From Elsinoe ampelina (Eukaryota), in the NCBI GenBank assembly GCA_010093995.1, contig ML992508.1:1427290-1481146 (forward strand): a stretch of 53,857 nucleotides of DNA, read 5' to 3'. This document shows, in pieces, positions 38,701 to 51,600 of the stretch. The position numbers were made by a program, and so were the translations under genes. Position 1 is the stretch's first letter; the number at the start of each line of letters is the position of its first letter. The notes under the pieces were generated by a model. It had not been told where the DNA came from. It did no database searches and was given only the letters and a program-made list of their open reading frames with translations.

Positions 38701-41700
38701 TACTTAAAGTTACTTATATATATAGAGAATATAGTTAGATCCTCGCTATCGATAGAGTTATAGAGGCAGTAGAAGGCTTAATAGATGTTAATCTTACTAA
38801 ACTATTTAGCCTTACTTACGTACGTAAGTATTTCTTCGATAAGGGGCAGCGGATAGATATCTTACTTAGTTACCTCGTTAAGGCTATAGTAATTAATATA
38901 AAGGCGAAGTCCGCTACTAGGCTTATAAACAAAGAGAATAGGCAAGGAATAGCTAGCTAAGCTTAGCGTAATAAAGCCTTTATCGAGGTACTTATAGATA
39001 AACTATTCTACTATATCGAGCTCTTCTAGTAATAGGTAGCGTAGAGGTTTAGTACGTAGCAGTTTAGCTCTATCCTTAAGTGTAATTTAATTGTTAAAAT
39101 CTAGCCGATATAGAGAAAGTGTATTAGATTACTCTTTAGAGAAGATATTAGTAAACTCTTATAGCTCCTCTAGGAGAACTACTATAGAGTCTAGTTCTAG
39201 TTCGGAGGCTATTTAGTAGTAGTCCTTAATATCCTTTACTAAGATTATAAACACCTTGTTCTTTTAGTATTTAGCTACTAATATAAAGGCAGTAGCGCTA
39301 ATAAAAGCAATAGTTAGCCCTTCTTACTTAGTGTTACTTATGTAGGCAAGTATATAGGAGAACTTATATATTAACTAAGTACTATAGAAGATTAGCTTAA
39401 ACTCTCTCTAATTTAGCTTAAAGTTCGACCTAAGAGCTAGTAGCTAATATAGTCTAGTTCGTCCTAACTTAGTAGCCGAGCTAGAACTTAGTTCACAAGT
39501 TAGACTAGAACTGAACTAGTTCTAAACTAGGGCAGCGGCTTTGCCGAGCTAGATTCCTAGATCCGAGCTAAGCTTAGATCTAGATTCTAGCCTTTTAATT
39601 AGCTACGGTAGCTCCTACTTAACGACCGTTAGCGAAAACTCTTCTTTATATATAACTTAGCTATACTTATAGTCGATAGTGGCCCTATTAGCCTTAAGCT
39701 AGCCGAGGCTAAGAATAATATCGAATCGGCTAATATCTATAATACGAAAGATAGTAAGGTTATTTAGCTTACTAGAAACAGTAGTAGTAAGGGGAATACT
39801 ATATATAACTTGCTCTATTAGAACACTATTATAGGCTTAAAGCTAAATAGGGCTAGCTAGTGCTATAGGGTAGCTAAAGCTCTTTAGCTTATTAAGAATG
39901 TTATAATTAACTATAGCACTAATAAGCGCGCTAGTATCGATAAAGGCTTAAAGCGTAATAGTGTAAGAGTAGTTATAAGGGTCGTAAATAGTAATAGGAG
40001 TTATAATAGCGGGGATATAGTAGCTAATAACGCTATTTAGTAACTATATACCTCCGGATCTATCTTAAATTACTCTTATTCCGCTAGAGAATAGAACTTG
40101 TTCTCTAGCTACTTATTTCTCTAGCTAGAGTAGCCGGTAGACTTATAGTCTATTTCGGGGTTAAACTAAGGCTAAACTAGATCTAGTTTATAGGCCGAAC
40201 TAGTGTCGACCTAGTTGCTTAATTCGGCTAAGCGATTCTAAAGCTACTATATCTCCTCTATAGCACTAATACGTGTAGGGCGTATAGTAGTATAAGTAGC
40301 CTTCTCTAAGGCGCTAGCTATATACTTAGTAGAGATATGTCTAAGCTTACCGCATGTGTAACAGGTAAGTAATAGAGCTAGACGAAAAGGCTATAGAGTA
40401 CCTCTAGCGATAGAGCGGAAGGTAGGTAGAGCTATAGGCGCGGAGGTAGAATAAGGTACGTAAGTAGGTATAGTAGTAGTATAGCTTATAGCTAGTATAG
40501 AACGCAAAGCCTAAGTGCGCTTAGTAATAAGGTTGTTCTATTAGATATTATAGTTAGTAGCGTAGGCCTTAGTAATAAAAGTAGTAAGGTTATTAGTGTT
40601 ATAGTTAACTAGAGTATTACGTAGCTTATTAGATATCTTCTAATAGATCTAGTATAGCTACTCCTCTTTAGCGATCTTAGCGTAAAGGGCGTACTTATTA
40701 AACTTACTAATAAAAGAGTTAAACGTACTATTACGCTAGAAGAGGTTAGTAAACTAAGTACGTATAGTGGCCCTATAGTTAGGATCCTTAAAGCGCTAGG
40801 CTAGGAGAGTAAGGACCTCTTTAACGCTAATAATGTTATTACTAGCTAAGTCTATAACAAGGGTATAGGCTTCTCTAGAGAGATATAAGTATAGATAGAT
40901 AAACTAGGTATCTCTCGTAGGGAAACAATCTACGTTAGTATATATCTTGTTTCTTATCTAGTGCTTAAAGACCTCGAACTACTCCGGTATACCTGTGCTA
41001 AAGACAGTAGAGTCTAGTATCTTTTCTAATAAGGTAGAGCTACGTATAGAAAGGGCTAGTATACTATACTCTATCTCGTTTTTTAGTTAGTTTACCTTAG
41101 CCTTAAGCTTTTAGATTTTGTCTAGGTAGTAAGTAGCTTAGGTAGTAACACTATTAGTATAGGACTAAGATACGTCTAGTTTAGATTAGAGGTTGCCGAG
41201 CTAGGCCTAAGTAGTATCTAACTCGTAGTAATAGTAGAGAGCGTTAGTATAAGCGCCTTTTACCTACGTAGTCTACTTATTATAGAAGGACTTAATATAG
41301 TTAAATACGTCTCTTAGTGCCTATATACTATACTCTTTCTATAGCTTCTTAAGGAGTATAGCGTTAGAGAGGGCGAAAAGATTATAGTAGAGAGAGTAGA
41401 TAGAGGCATTATTATTGTTAGAAATAAGTTAAGGTAGCTTACTTTAGTAGCGCTCTTTGTTACTATAGTTAGATCGAGCTATACTTAGCATAGTTAGTCG
41501 TAAATAAAACAGTGTAAAACGTTAACACGTAACAAAGAGAATATTAAAATTTTTAGCTAGTAGCCTACTTCCTTTAAGAGTTATCTATAACTCGACTTAT
41601 TATCTTCTTTTTATATCTTTAGGGTTTATAGTATTAACCTACATAGCGGCAGCGAGGATCTAGAATAGTGTACGCGGGAACTACGATTGTAATAGCTTCT

Positions 41701-42013
41701 TCTTTAATTCTTTATAAGTAGTAGTTGTTAGTAGTTACGTAAGTAGTAGAATAACTAGATAATTTAGTAGCTCTATTACTCGGTCGCGGTCGCTTCGAAG
41801 TCTCGATATAGTAATTACAACTAGTAAGATAAGAGGTTAATTACGTCTATTTATTAAGATATTAAGACTTAGAAGAAGAAGAAGAAAACTAGTATATAAA
41901 GTATATATAATATCGAGGGTAGAGCGGCTAGAAGCCTAGGCCGCAATGCCGAGATTACATGACTAATCTAAACTAGATCCTAACTAAATCTAGTTCGTAT
42001 CTATCTTATATTA
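35771..42013 (-). mobile_element. Full-length Ty3/Gypsy chromovirus family B, RIP-inactivated
   Basis: 202-bp LTRs at 35771-35972 and 41812-42013; TSD AGCTT (35766-35770, 42014-42018); PPT at 35973-35988. De-RIP YLDDILIY (~38580-38605), protease DTG (~39935) and chromodomain VEVDGEEEYEV..WKGYP (~36100-36230). Confidence 0.92.
37569..37655. repeat. 12-bp tandem repeats inside Gypsy B pol
   Basis: (cgaaataggcag)-like x4, then (cgaactag....)-like x3. Confidence 0.8.
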
Positions 42014-43924
42014 AGCTTCTTAATTAGAGTAGTAATAAGATTAATAGTTTACTAATTATTATACTAAATACTAATATATTTAAGGGGATAGATAGAGGCT
42101 ATTAGCCTTCTCTACTATATAGCTTACTTAGTAGTCTCTATAAAAGTAAGTAGCTTAGCCTCTATAGTTAATATTATAACTATTAGTTGCTTTATAGCCT
42201 TCTAGTTAATTAATCCTTAAAATATCTTAAAGAGATAGCCTTAAAAGCTCTTCCTTATTAAGTAGCTACTAAAGCTAGTATCTAATAAAGCTTAAAAGAT
42301 TAGTAGTAGTATTAAGCTATTAAAGGTAAGAGCTAAATTCTTAGTTTTATAGAGATATTAGATTACTCTATTTACTATTCTCTAGTAAGTTAGTAATAGA
42401 TTTATTAGATACTCTAACAATCTAGAAGTAGCAAAGGCTATATTAGGCCTTATAATAACTACTATAAAGTTAATAGATCCAACCTTTTACTAATATAGGT
42501 AGATCTCTTATAGTAATACTTAGCCTTTATAAGGTTAGAGTATCTTAATTAGTAGTAGTATTAATACTAGCTTTATTAGTTCTATAATAAACTTACTATA
42601 TATCTATTATATATACTAGGCTTAGCTAAGCTAGAGTCTCTTTATTAGTCTATCTCTTATAACTTAGATAGCTAGAAACTAGCTTAGATCTCTAAGTACC
42701 TTTATCTTATATTTAGTATAGAGAGCTATAATAATAGTATTAGCTTTCTCCTTATACTTCTTAAGATATATAATAGTAATATTATCTATAAAGAAGAAGA
42801 TTATTACTTTAGGTATTATCTAGAGGTATAGAGCCTTAGGGGCTTAAGTAAATCTAATACTCTTTAGAGTAGTAGTAAATTTAGTATACTAGAGAGCTAA
42901 GGCTTACTTTAGGCTATATAGTGCCTTATTAAGTAATAGAATTACCTCTAATAGAGTAATACTAGGATAGTCCTTTATAAGATCCTCTACTACTAGCTTA
43001 AATCTAGTAGGGATAGTATAGTAGGTAGTTTTATTAATAGGACTATTAATATAGGTATTAATAACATCTATCTAGATAGCCTTTATATCTTTATAAGTAG
43101 GTAATACTATAAGCATTCTAAAGATCTTAGCTACTAGAGTTACTATATAAGTCTTAGATTTTATTAATTAGAGATTATTCCTTATATAGACTCTTACTTT
43201 ATACTTTATAACCTCTTCTTTATTATTAACTTTATAGGTAAATACCTATATTAAAGAGATAAGCTTACTAGTAGCTTAAGCTACTAGTATAATAGTCTAT
43301 ATATATTTTAAGTATAAAGTAAGTAATTTAACCTTTATAGCCTCTTAAAATTGCTTCTTATAAGGATAAGCTTTAAGCTCTCTAATATTAGCTAGTAGTA
43401 GTAGAAGATTATCCCTTAATTCTAGCTTAGGCTAAGTTAGTATTATTAATAGATAAGCATTAAAGGCTTAGTAATATCTAAGAGCCTTATTAGTTTATAT
43501 AAGAGTAGTAATATATACTTACCTTCTTAGTTTTCTTATTCTTCTTATTATAAGGATATATTTAGAAAGAAAGTTAGCTAACCTTATAGTAATTCTTTAA
43601 GGGAGTTACTTAGGCTAAGCTTTAACTACCCCTTTAGTCTAAACTTCTATCTTATCTCCTTTAGCTTTATCTCCTCCTAGTAGTAGAGGAGATAGCTATA
43701 CTACTATAGATAGTAGTAAGACTAGAGCATTAAAGAACTATTTATTTAGTAAAGATTCCTAGATCTAAGCTAGGTTTAGATCTAGAATAGCCTTATCTAA
43801 TTAGTCTAATAGAGGTAGTAACTAATCTAGTATAATAGGGTAACTCTTATCTAGCTACTAAGATAGGCTTAGCCCTTAATCTAGATTATTTTAACTTAGA
43901 GTCTAAGATAGTATCTAGTTTAGC

Positions 43925-44009
43925 TACTAAACTAGATTCTAAACTAGATTCTAAACTAGATACTAAATTAGATACTAAACTAGATTCTAAACTAGATACT
44001 AAACTAGAT
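43925..44009. repeat. 12-bp tandem repeat (ctaaactagatw)n in Copia C, running into a gap
   Basis: About 7 visible units before the N run. Confidence 0.9.
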
Positions 44010-44239
44010 NNNNNNNNNNNNNNNNNNNNNNNNNNNNNNNNNNNNNNNNNNNNNNNNNNNNNNNNNNNNNNNNNNNNNNNNNNNNNNNNNNNNNNNNNNN
44101 NNNNNNNNNNNNNNNNNNNNNNNNNNNNNNNNNNNNNNNNNNNNNNNNNNNNNNNNNNNNNNNNNNNNNNNNNNNNNNNNNNNNNNNNNNNNNNNNNNNN
44201 NNNNNNNNNNNNNNNNNNNNNNNNNNNNNNNNNNNNNNN
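44010..44239. other. 230-N assembly gap
   Basis: Run of N. Confidence 0.99.
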
Positions 44240-44667
44240 GTATCTATAAACTAGCTTAAAAGGAGTTTTGTAGTCTAGCTTCTTAAGAGGTATTCTATTA
44301 ATTAGATAGGCTACTAATCTATATAGTTTAGAGTATAATTCTCTTAGTAGATTAGTAAAGATAGTAATTGCCCTTACTCTCCTTAATAGTATAGCTCCTA
44401 TCCTTTTATTATAACTATTCTAAGCTTAAGTATAGGAAGTAGATAGCTTATAATAGATTCCTTTACTATCTAGGAAGATAGTAAATTTAAGGCTAAAGGC
44501 CCTTTTATTGTTACTCCTAAGGAATCTAATTTTAAAGCTAAGATTACTTTTAATATAAGTAATTATCTTAATACAGATTTTATTAATCTTATATCTATAA
44601 GTATAGGTAGTAACTAGTTAATAGTTAGTAGTTCTATAAGCAAAGTAGCTTATATATCTTACCTTAT

Positions 44668-45275
44668 TAATGCGAGATAGATACGAACTAGATTCAGTTA
44701 GGATCTAGTTTAGATTAGTTATGTGATCTTAGCATTGTAGCTCGGGCTTCTAGCTACTCTACCCTCGATATTACGCGTGCTTTATACACTAGTTTTCTTC
44801 TTCTTCTTCTAAGTCTTAATATCTTAACGAATAGACATAATTAACCTCTTGTCTTACTAGTTATAATTACTATATCGAGACTTCGATATAACTATAACTA
44901 AGCAATAGAGCTATTAAACTATCTAGTTATTCTACTACTTACGTAACTACTAATAACTACTACTTATAAAGAATTAAAGAATTAAAGAAGAAGCTATTAT
45001 AACTATAGTTCCCGCGTATACTATAATAGATCCTTACTACTACTATATAGATTAATACCGCAAACCCTAAAGATATAAGAAGAAGGTAATAAGTTAAGTT
45101 ATAGATAACTCTTAAAGGAAGTAGACTACTAGCTAAAAATTTTAATATTCCCTTTGTTACGTATTAACGTTTTATACTATTTTATTTACGACTAACTATG
45201 CTAAGCATAGCTTAATCTAACTATAGCGACGAAGAGCGCTACTAAAGTAAGCTACCTTAACCTATCTCTAACAAT
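44668..45275 (+). mobile_element. Gypsy B copy 2: 5' LTR (44668-44869) plus leader, interrupted
   Basis: Reverse complement of ~41415-42013. Confidence 0.9.
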
Positions 45276-45879
45276 TGTTAAGTAGAAGGCACGTTCGGGG
45301 GTAGAATATTATATAGAACTAATCGTATACTAGTTAGGTAATAGACAAGTTAGTTAATTAAAAGGAGTCTATCTACTAGAAGAAAGAACAGCTATAAATC
45401 TCTAGGCCTTAGCATTATATAACTTAAGGTTATATAACTTTATAGCCTAATTATCTAGAGAGAGCTATATTCTTAATACTCCTACTTAGCTCCTATAGAT
45501 AAGCTATTAGGTTAATAATAAGCTAAGTTACTTTATAAACCTTGTAAAGATCTAACCTTATAATAGCTTAGTTAACCTATTAGCTACTATATCTACTGTT
45601 CTTATAAACTCTACTTAAATCCTCTAGTCCCTCTATAGCCTCCTAATGTAGTAGTAAGCGACATTAATATACTTTGCCCTTTTATAAGTATATAGCTCTT
45701 TTATAAGTAAAAGAGCTACTCGGTTATTACTATTAATCCTAGTAGTAAAGGGTAATCTTATTATTGCTTTCTAAGATTCCTTTATAGTTAGCCTCTATAG
45801 TAATTGCCTAACTATCTTATAACAGCCTATATCTCTTAGTAACTAAGACAGGAACTGTAATTTCTTTATATAAGAGTAT
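45276..45879 (-). mobile_element. Copia B copy 2: 3' LTR (45276-45478) plus RNaseH end, interrupted
   Basis: Near-identical to 675-1278. Confidence 0.92.
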
Positions 45880-46669
45880 TATTACGAACTAGTAGAACAG
45901 CTAAAGCGTAGAGACGTTAGGACCAATTAAACTACTAAGGTTATTACGTGACCTAGCCCGACGTTTACCTAGTTCTCTATCTTCTCTAGCGGCTCTACCC
46001 CGGGGACTATAGAGTATATAGGTTACTAGCGGACGTATACTCTATATTGCCCCCGACTCTCGCTATAGAGTATATAGAGCATATAGAGTACGTAGTAAAG
46101 AACATATGTATATAGGAGTAGTCCTTACCTTATGTAAGTACTATAGTTAACCTCGTCTAGATAGCGAACACTAGTATTGCTAAGGCTAGCCTTTATAATA
46201 CTATCTAATTGTACTTTATTATCTATAAGATATACCTTCTCCGACTCTTACCTTAGTACTATACTACTATAGAAGTAGAACTACCTCGTTCTTAGCTTAG
46301 CTTAGACTACTAGCGTAGACTATGTTTAGACAGTTCGTAACATTTTAACTACTCTTGCTATAGTATAGCACGCTACGAGGTTAATAAGTAACTCTTGCTC
46401 TAAGTTACTATTAGCATCTTCGATCGCTAGTAAGCTAGGAAAGCTTACTATTAACAATATATCTACTACTAGTTTAACCTTAGGCAAACATAGAAGGTCT
46501 TTTAGTATAGAAGGACAGAGTAAGCCTAAGTTAGAAGTAGAACTCTTCTATAGGGACCGCGCTTACTTAAGGCGCTTCCTTGTTTAACTTAAAGCCTTCT
46601 TTGCTCTAGAGAGAGATAAGTACGCTAACGACGTAGTAAAGGTCCTCTATACCGGGATACACCTTAAAG
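45880..46669 (+). mobile_element. Gypsy A copy 4: 5' LTR (45880-46342) plus start of gag, interrupted
   Basis: Matches 8890-9679; similarity is lost after accttaaag. Confidence 0.92.
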
Positions 46670-47140
46670 CGTTACGAAAGTCCTAAGCGTAGAGAGTTAG
46701 AATATTAGGTTTCTCTATATTAAACTAAGTTTAACTACGTTAGGTTGCTATAAATACACTGCACCTATCTAAATTTAGTTAAACGCACTATGCCTATCTA
46801 ATTTTAGTTAAACGCACCGTACGTGCCTTAGATTAGATAAACGCTCTACTTGCCGCAACTAGAATAGATATAGAAATTAACAAGCATCTTCCGGAGAGGG
46901 CCCTCTAAGCTAGTATTATTATAGATCTTGTCCGCTAGATAGAGAGGAAGTATATGCTCTACATTATCGAAGCTTAGTATAGAAGTGCTTTTACTATAAT
47001 AAGAAAGTAGACATTATACGCCTTGTTCTCTAGCTTGTAACATAAAACCCTAAACTAATATATACTTATTCTAACTCTATTTTATCGTCTCTACTTAGTT
47101 GTCTATTAAGGTGTTAGATGTCTCTAAAGACAAGTACTTT

Positions 47141-47545
47141 TACGCGACTATATAGCTAGTAACAAAGGTTAATACTAACGAAAAGCGCCTCTATTACTCT
47201 ATAGCCTACGAGTTCTACTATCTAGTAGCCTATATCGTCGACAATGTAAAACAAGCTTATAGAGGGGCATTTATAACTTAGGCTCGTAGATATAAGGAAG
47301 CTTTTCCCGAGAAGGACTTAATTATTATAGCTAAGTATAGTTACGACATTAAGTATAAATACTTATAGACCTGTTCTAGTACTTAGAAGTCGTCGGTAAT
47401 ATAGAAAGAGAATAATAATAGAAGCTAGATATACTACGTTAATAGTAGCTATAGTAGCGAGGCTATAGCCTATTCTAAGAAGATTAACACTAATATAGAC
47501 AGGTACGGGAAATATAATAGACATTTAGTTTAGGCTAAGCTAATC
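47141..47545 (+). pseudogene. SprT-family (GCNA/ACRC-like) HExxH zinc metalloprotease, RIP-inactivated
   Basis: One frame reads KVNTNEKRL..SIAYEFYYLVA..QAYRGAFIT*A..KYSYDIKYKYL*TC..YSKKINT..DRYGKYNRHLV*AK. It de-RIPs to AHEFCHLA..HG.AF..WA..KHSYDIEYKYLWTC..HSKKID..RCGKC.G.LVQ.KP. Confidence 0.78.
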
Positions 47546-48699
47546 CCTTATCTACTAACACGGAATAGTATACCTACTAGAAGGATAATTCTAGAGCTAC
47601 GAAAGACTACCTAGAAAAGTAAGGTCTAACGAACATCGGTATAGTATCTAAGTAGCCTCGGAGATAGTACTAAAGATATAATAGTCTAACCGACAGCTCG
47701 AAGACAGTTATAGCGAAGAAGTAAATACTCTTTCTAGGAAGTTTAAGATCTATCTCGACTGCCTATCTATAAGGTTATCGGTAAGGAGGTAATTAGTAAT
47801 AATAAGAAACTCCTTTCGCTTCTTACTCTTCTTCTCTACCTTACTAAGCTTAATACTAGCACGGCTATAGACACTAGCGAAGGTAGGGGTAGTACGCTTC
47901 TCGCCTTACTAGCTCTCGGCGCTAGTTATAGTAGTCGTTAGAGAGGTAATAGAGGCAGTGTCTAGGTTAAGATCGTAGCACTTTATTACTATATATTAAA
48001 GATAAGATTACCTTAATGTACACTAAGCTTCTAGTAATAACCCGTAGTCGTAGCTATATACGAGCAATAGTAGTTATAGAGGGAGCGGTAGTAGTAGCTT
48101 CAGTTACGGTGTACCTTACTATAGCGGAGAGTAAGGAGAAAGGTATAGGGGAGAAAGGGGATATTCCCCTCTCGGAGGTAGGTATAATAACACTTTTTCC
48201 TACTATATCCTACCGCTCTACTATTACTACTACTAAGTAGTAGTTGCAGTAATAGCGCGTATAGAATAATCTAGTGTATAATCTTATAGACAGGATTTGT
48301 CGTATATATATTATATACTAATAATCTTATAAGGAAATACTTACGACCTACGTAGATATAGAGGAGGCTTTAGAGGATAAGGAAGAGGCTACTTACCGTA
48401 CTAAAGGGTAGCTTCTTCCTCGACTTGTTTCTCGCGTATAGTATATATATAAAGATTAATAAGAATGTTCCCTAGTAGGTCTTCTAAGCTAGTGTTATTA
48501 TAGATCTTATCCGTTAGATAGAAAGGAATAAGTCCTTAGTAACTACTCTAGTAGCATTAAGTAGATCCCTGCGATATAATAGCGAATAGAGCAAAGTACT
48601 ATTGTCTATATTAGAGTCTTATTAGTAAACTTATTATAGAGAATAAACTTTCCTCTTAGACCGCTAACTCCGTTAGTAAAACTAACCTAAAGATAACTT

Positions 48700-51600
48700 A
48701 CTAACCTAAGCCTTTTACCGCTATTGCTAAATACTTAGAGTATGTCTTAAGTATCTTAAAGACTAACTTCTATAACGCCTCGCTATAATTTCCTAAGCTA
48801 TTGTAATTAGTAAAGAAATAGACTAACTCTTTAGCGTAAAAACTACATAAGGCACCTTAGGCTATAAACCCTATATAGTTTAGAGACTAACCTAATAATA
48901 TATAGGTGTAAACTAACTAGTTAGGGTAATACCTATAGAAGTTATTATAACTCGCCTACCTAATATAGTCTAGTAGTTAACCTAAGTGTACCTAAGCGTT
49001 AAGCTATCGATATAAGAGATAATTGTTCTAGCTACGAAAGGAGTACTCTAGCTTCGTTAATGCCTACTACGCTTACTAACTACGCCTAGGGATCTTAACC
49101 TCTCTTGTTTTAAAGCCTTAGCTAGGTAGAGCTATTTAGACTCCTATAACTTATTCTATAGCATGTTATATGTGTTAAAGTCGGCTATGTTATTAATGTA
49201 TATCTAGCTATATAGCCTTATTTTATTTACCGGCACGACGTAGATACTATAGTAGATTTACGAGGTAGAGTAGATACGCCTACTAGTAAGAGTGTTCCGT
49301 CTAGCTCGCGCGTGTCGATTTATCTAAGGCTTAATTAGTGTTATGCTATACTCTCGATTAGCTACTCTATTCGGCTAAGTAGGCTAATATAGATCTACTA
49401 GCGCTCCTATGTAGTATAGGCGTTAACGCTAGCCTAATCTACTAGACTAGAAGCTATCCTCTATAGTTATTATAAATATAATACGAGCTAGTAACTTACC
49501 TTATAGGCTATTAGGTAATACTCCGTTAGTGCCTTTATTATTTATTGTCTATTCTTGCACCTAGAGCTAGTCTTGCCTCTTATTGCTATATATCCCTTAC
49601 TATTTAGTTATACACTAGATAAAGTCTTATTCGTCCGTATTAGAATTATTAGAATTATAGTTAGATAGTTTCCTATACTTTAAAGAATAGTAGAACTTAA
49701 CGCGGAGGTTACTTACCCGGGAAGAATCTAGTTCGAGTCTATCGGGATCTAGTTTAGCGTTAAACTAATTAGAGTATTTAATTCTCGAGTTAGAGCCTAT
49801 CTTAGCTATACCTTAATAAGCCTCGCGGACAAATACTACTATTACTTACTATAGTAATAGCCTAGGTAGCATGTTAATAAGCACCTCTAGTTCTCTTACT
49901 ATATGCTATATAGCTTTCCCTTTAGTGCTAGGCTAGCCGAACTAAGAAGTAATATTTACTATATTACTTACGCCGACTAGCGTACTCTAGATCTTAATTA
50001 GTTTAGTAGCCGATAGCCTAACTAACTTCGAGGGGTTATCGAATACTACTAACATGTTTATTAGTTTAGTATTATAAGTAGTAACCTAGTCTTTCTATCT
50101 AGCCTTCTTGTTTGTAAGTTTAAAGGTGTCCTTAATAAAGCGTACATAATTGTGCTCTAAATAATTAGAATTAAGGCTAGTAACTACTCTAAAATCATAG
50201 ATAGCCTTTGAAAAATGTGTTATTAAATGCTATTTCGGAAAGTTAAAGTTGCTTTTTTCTTTTCTGTCGCTATAATAGGCCTAGAAGGTTTCTTTGTACT
50301 TGTTTATCCTAAAGAGCGTAAGGTTAATATACTAGAGTATATCGTTGTTATAGGTCTTATAGTTCACTAGTAATATAAAGTCGACTAGTGCGCGTATAAA
50401 CTTAATAGCTTAAGGCGCCTTAACCTCCTCGAGTAGTAGTATAAATACTAGAAGCATCTAGCGTACGATACTCTTCTACTCTTAACCTGTCTATTGCTTA
50501 ATAGCTAAGTAGTACAAGAAGTGTCGGATGCTAAAAAACACTAGTATACTATCGAAACGCTTATTAATAATATTAAGTATAATCTTCTTTACCGAGTGCT
50601 AGTAGCCTATTCGCTACATAGTCTCTCTAGCCTTTATATACTATAGTAATCTCTATGTAGGTATTAAATCCTAGAGCAATTTTTAAGTCTAGTATAAGAC
50701 GTATATTAAAACGCCTTTAAGAAGTTAGTGTAGAATATCTAGTACTATTACGTAGTGAATATTAGTATACGGAAGATCCTATATAAAGCAACTAACTATA
50801 TAAACCTAAGAGCTTATATCTATCTTCTCGCTCCGCTACTAACTCTTATATGCTTCTCTTTATAAGTGCTATTGTCGCTATATAGAGTAGTAAGTTTAAA
50901 ACGGCATAGTAACTAATAGGTCCTACCTTTCGTCCTTGCTAATTAGGCAACTTATATAATGATATAGTAACTTTATACTAGTTATAGTGACCTATTCGGC
51001 GTAATTCGTAGGTATAGTAGTAAGTATAGGGAAGTACCTCTACCTCTTTCTATCTATATAGGAGATTATTTTGCCCCCTCTCGAGTAGTAATTAATAATA
51101 GCATTAAAGATTTTTTTTATATAAGTATAGTAGGTCTTCTCCTTAACAACATTACTACTATCTTTAATAATAGGAAGTAAGCTAATTAGTAACTACCCCG
51201 GCCGGTAGTTGCTATTACATGCTTTCGCCTTTAGGTTACCTAATAATAGATAGATAGTATATACTATAAGATCTCCTTAATGGTTTATTACCTAGGTCTA
51301 ATTACTCGCGACGATTAATGGGATAATAGTAGCCCCTAGTATTCTAAGTCGCTTTTGTATGTCCTACTACTAGTCGCTACTTACTATTTTAGTATATACT
51401 TGTTGTAGTAGCTTACTCTCGATAGCTTCTATAAAGACTCTATACGGGCTATAGTCTATGTCTACTACGAAACTGCAATAGCTAAGTAAGAAGCGTATCG
51501 CTATAAGAATATCTAGATACTAGAACGTGTGTCTTTTAGGCCTACGATTAGTGTTTAGTATAAAGCTTAAGGTCTACTAGCCGTTAATGCCCTCGCCTGT

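Larger units (their letters stand above)
28246..44667 (-). mobile_element. Ty1/Copia family C, RIP-inactivated. Own sequence at 28246-28592, 35613-35770 and 42019-44667; 5' part displaced by further insertions
   Basis: Minus-strand de-RIP FFFVDDI (~42790), STIEAELL (~42160) and RHVDIHHHWLKQ...ADGFTK (35630-35755), continuing across TSDs to a PPT (~28505-28516) and LTR. Confidence 0.85.

Noticed and set aside
43925..44009. Tandem repeat as telomeric or CRISPR-like
   Set aside because: 12-bp unit without spacers inside Copia pol, not TTAGGG; eukaryotic context.
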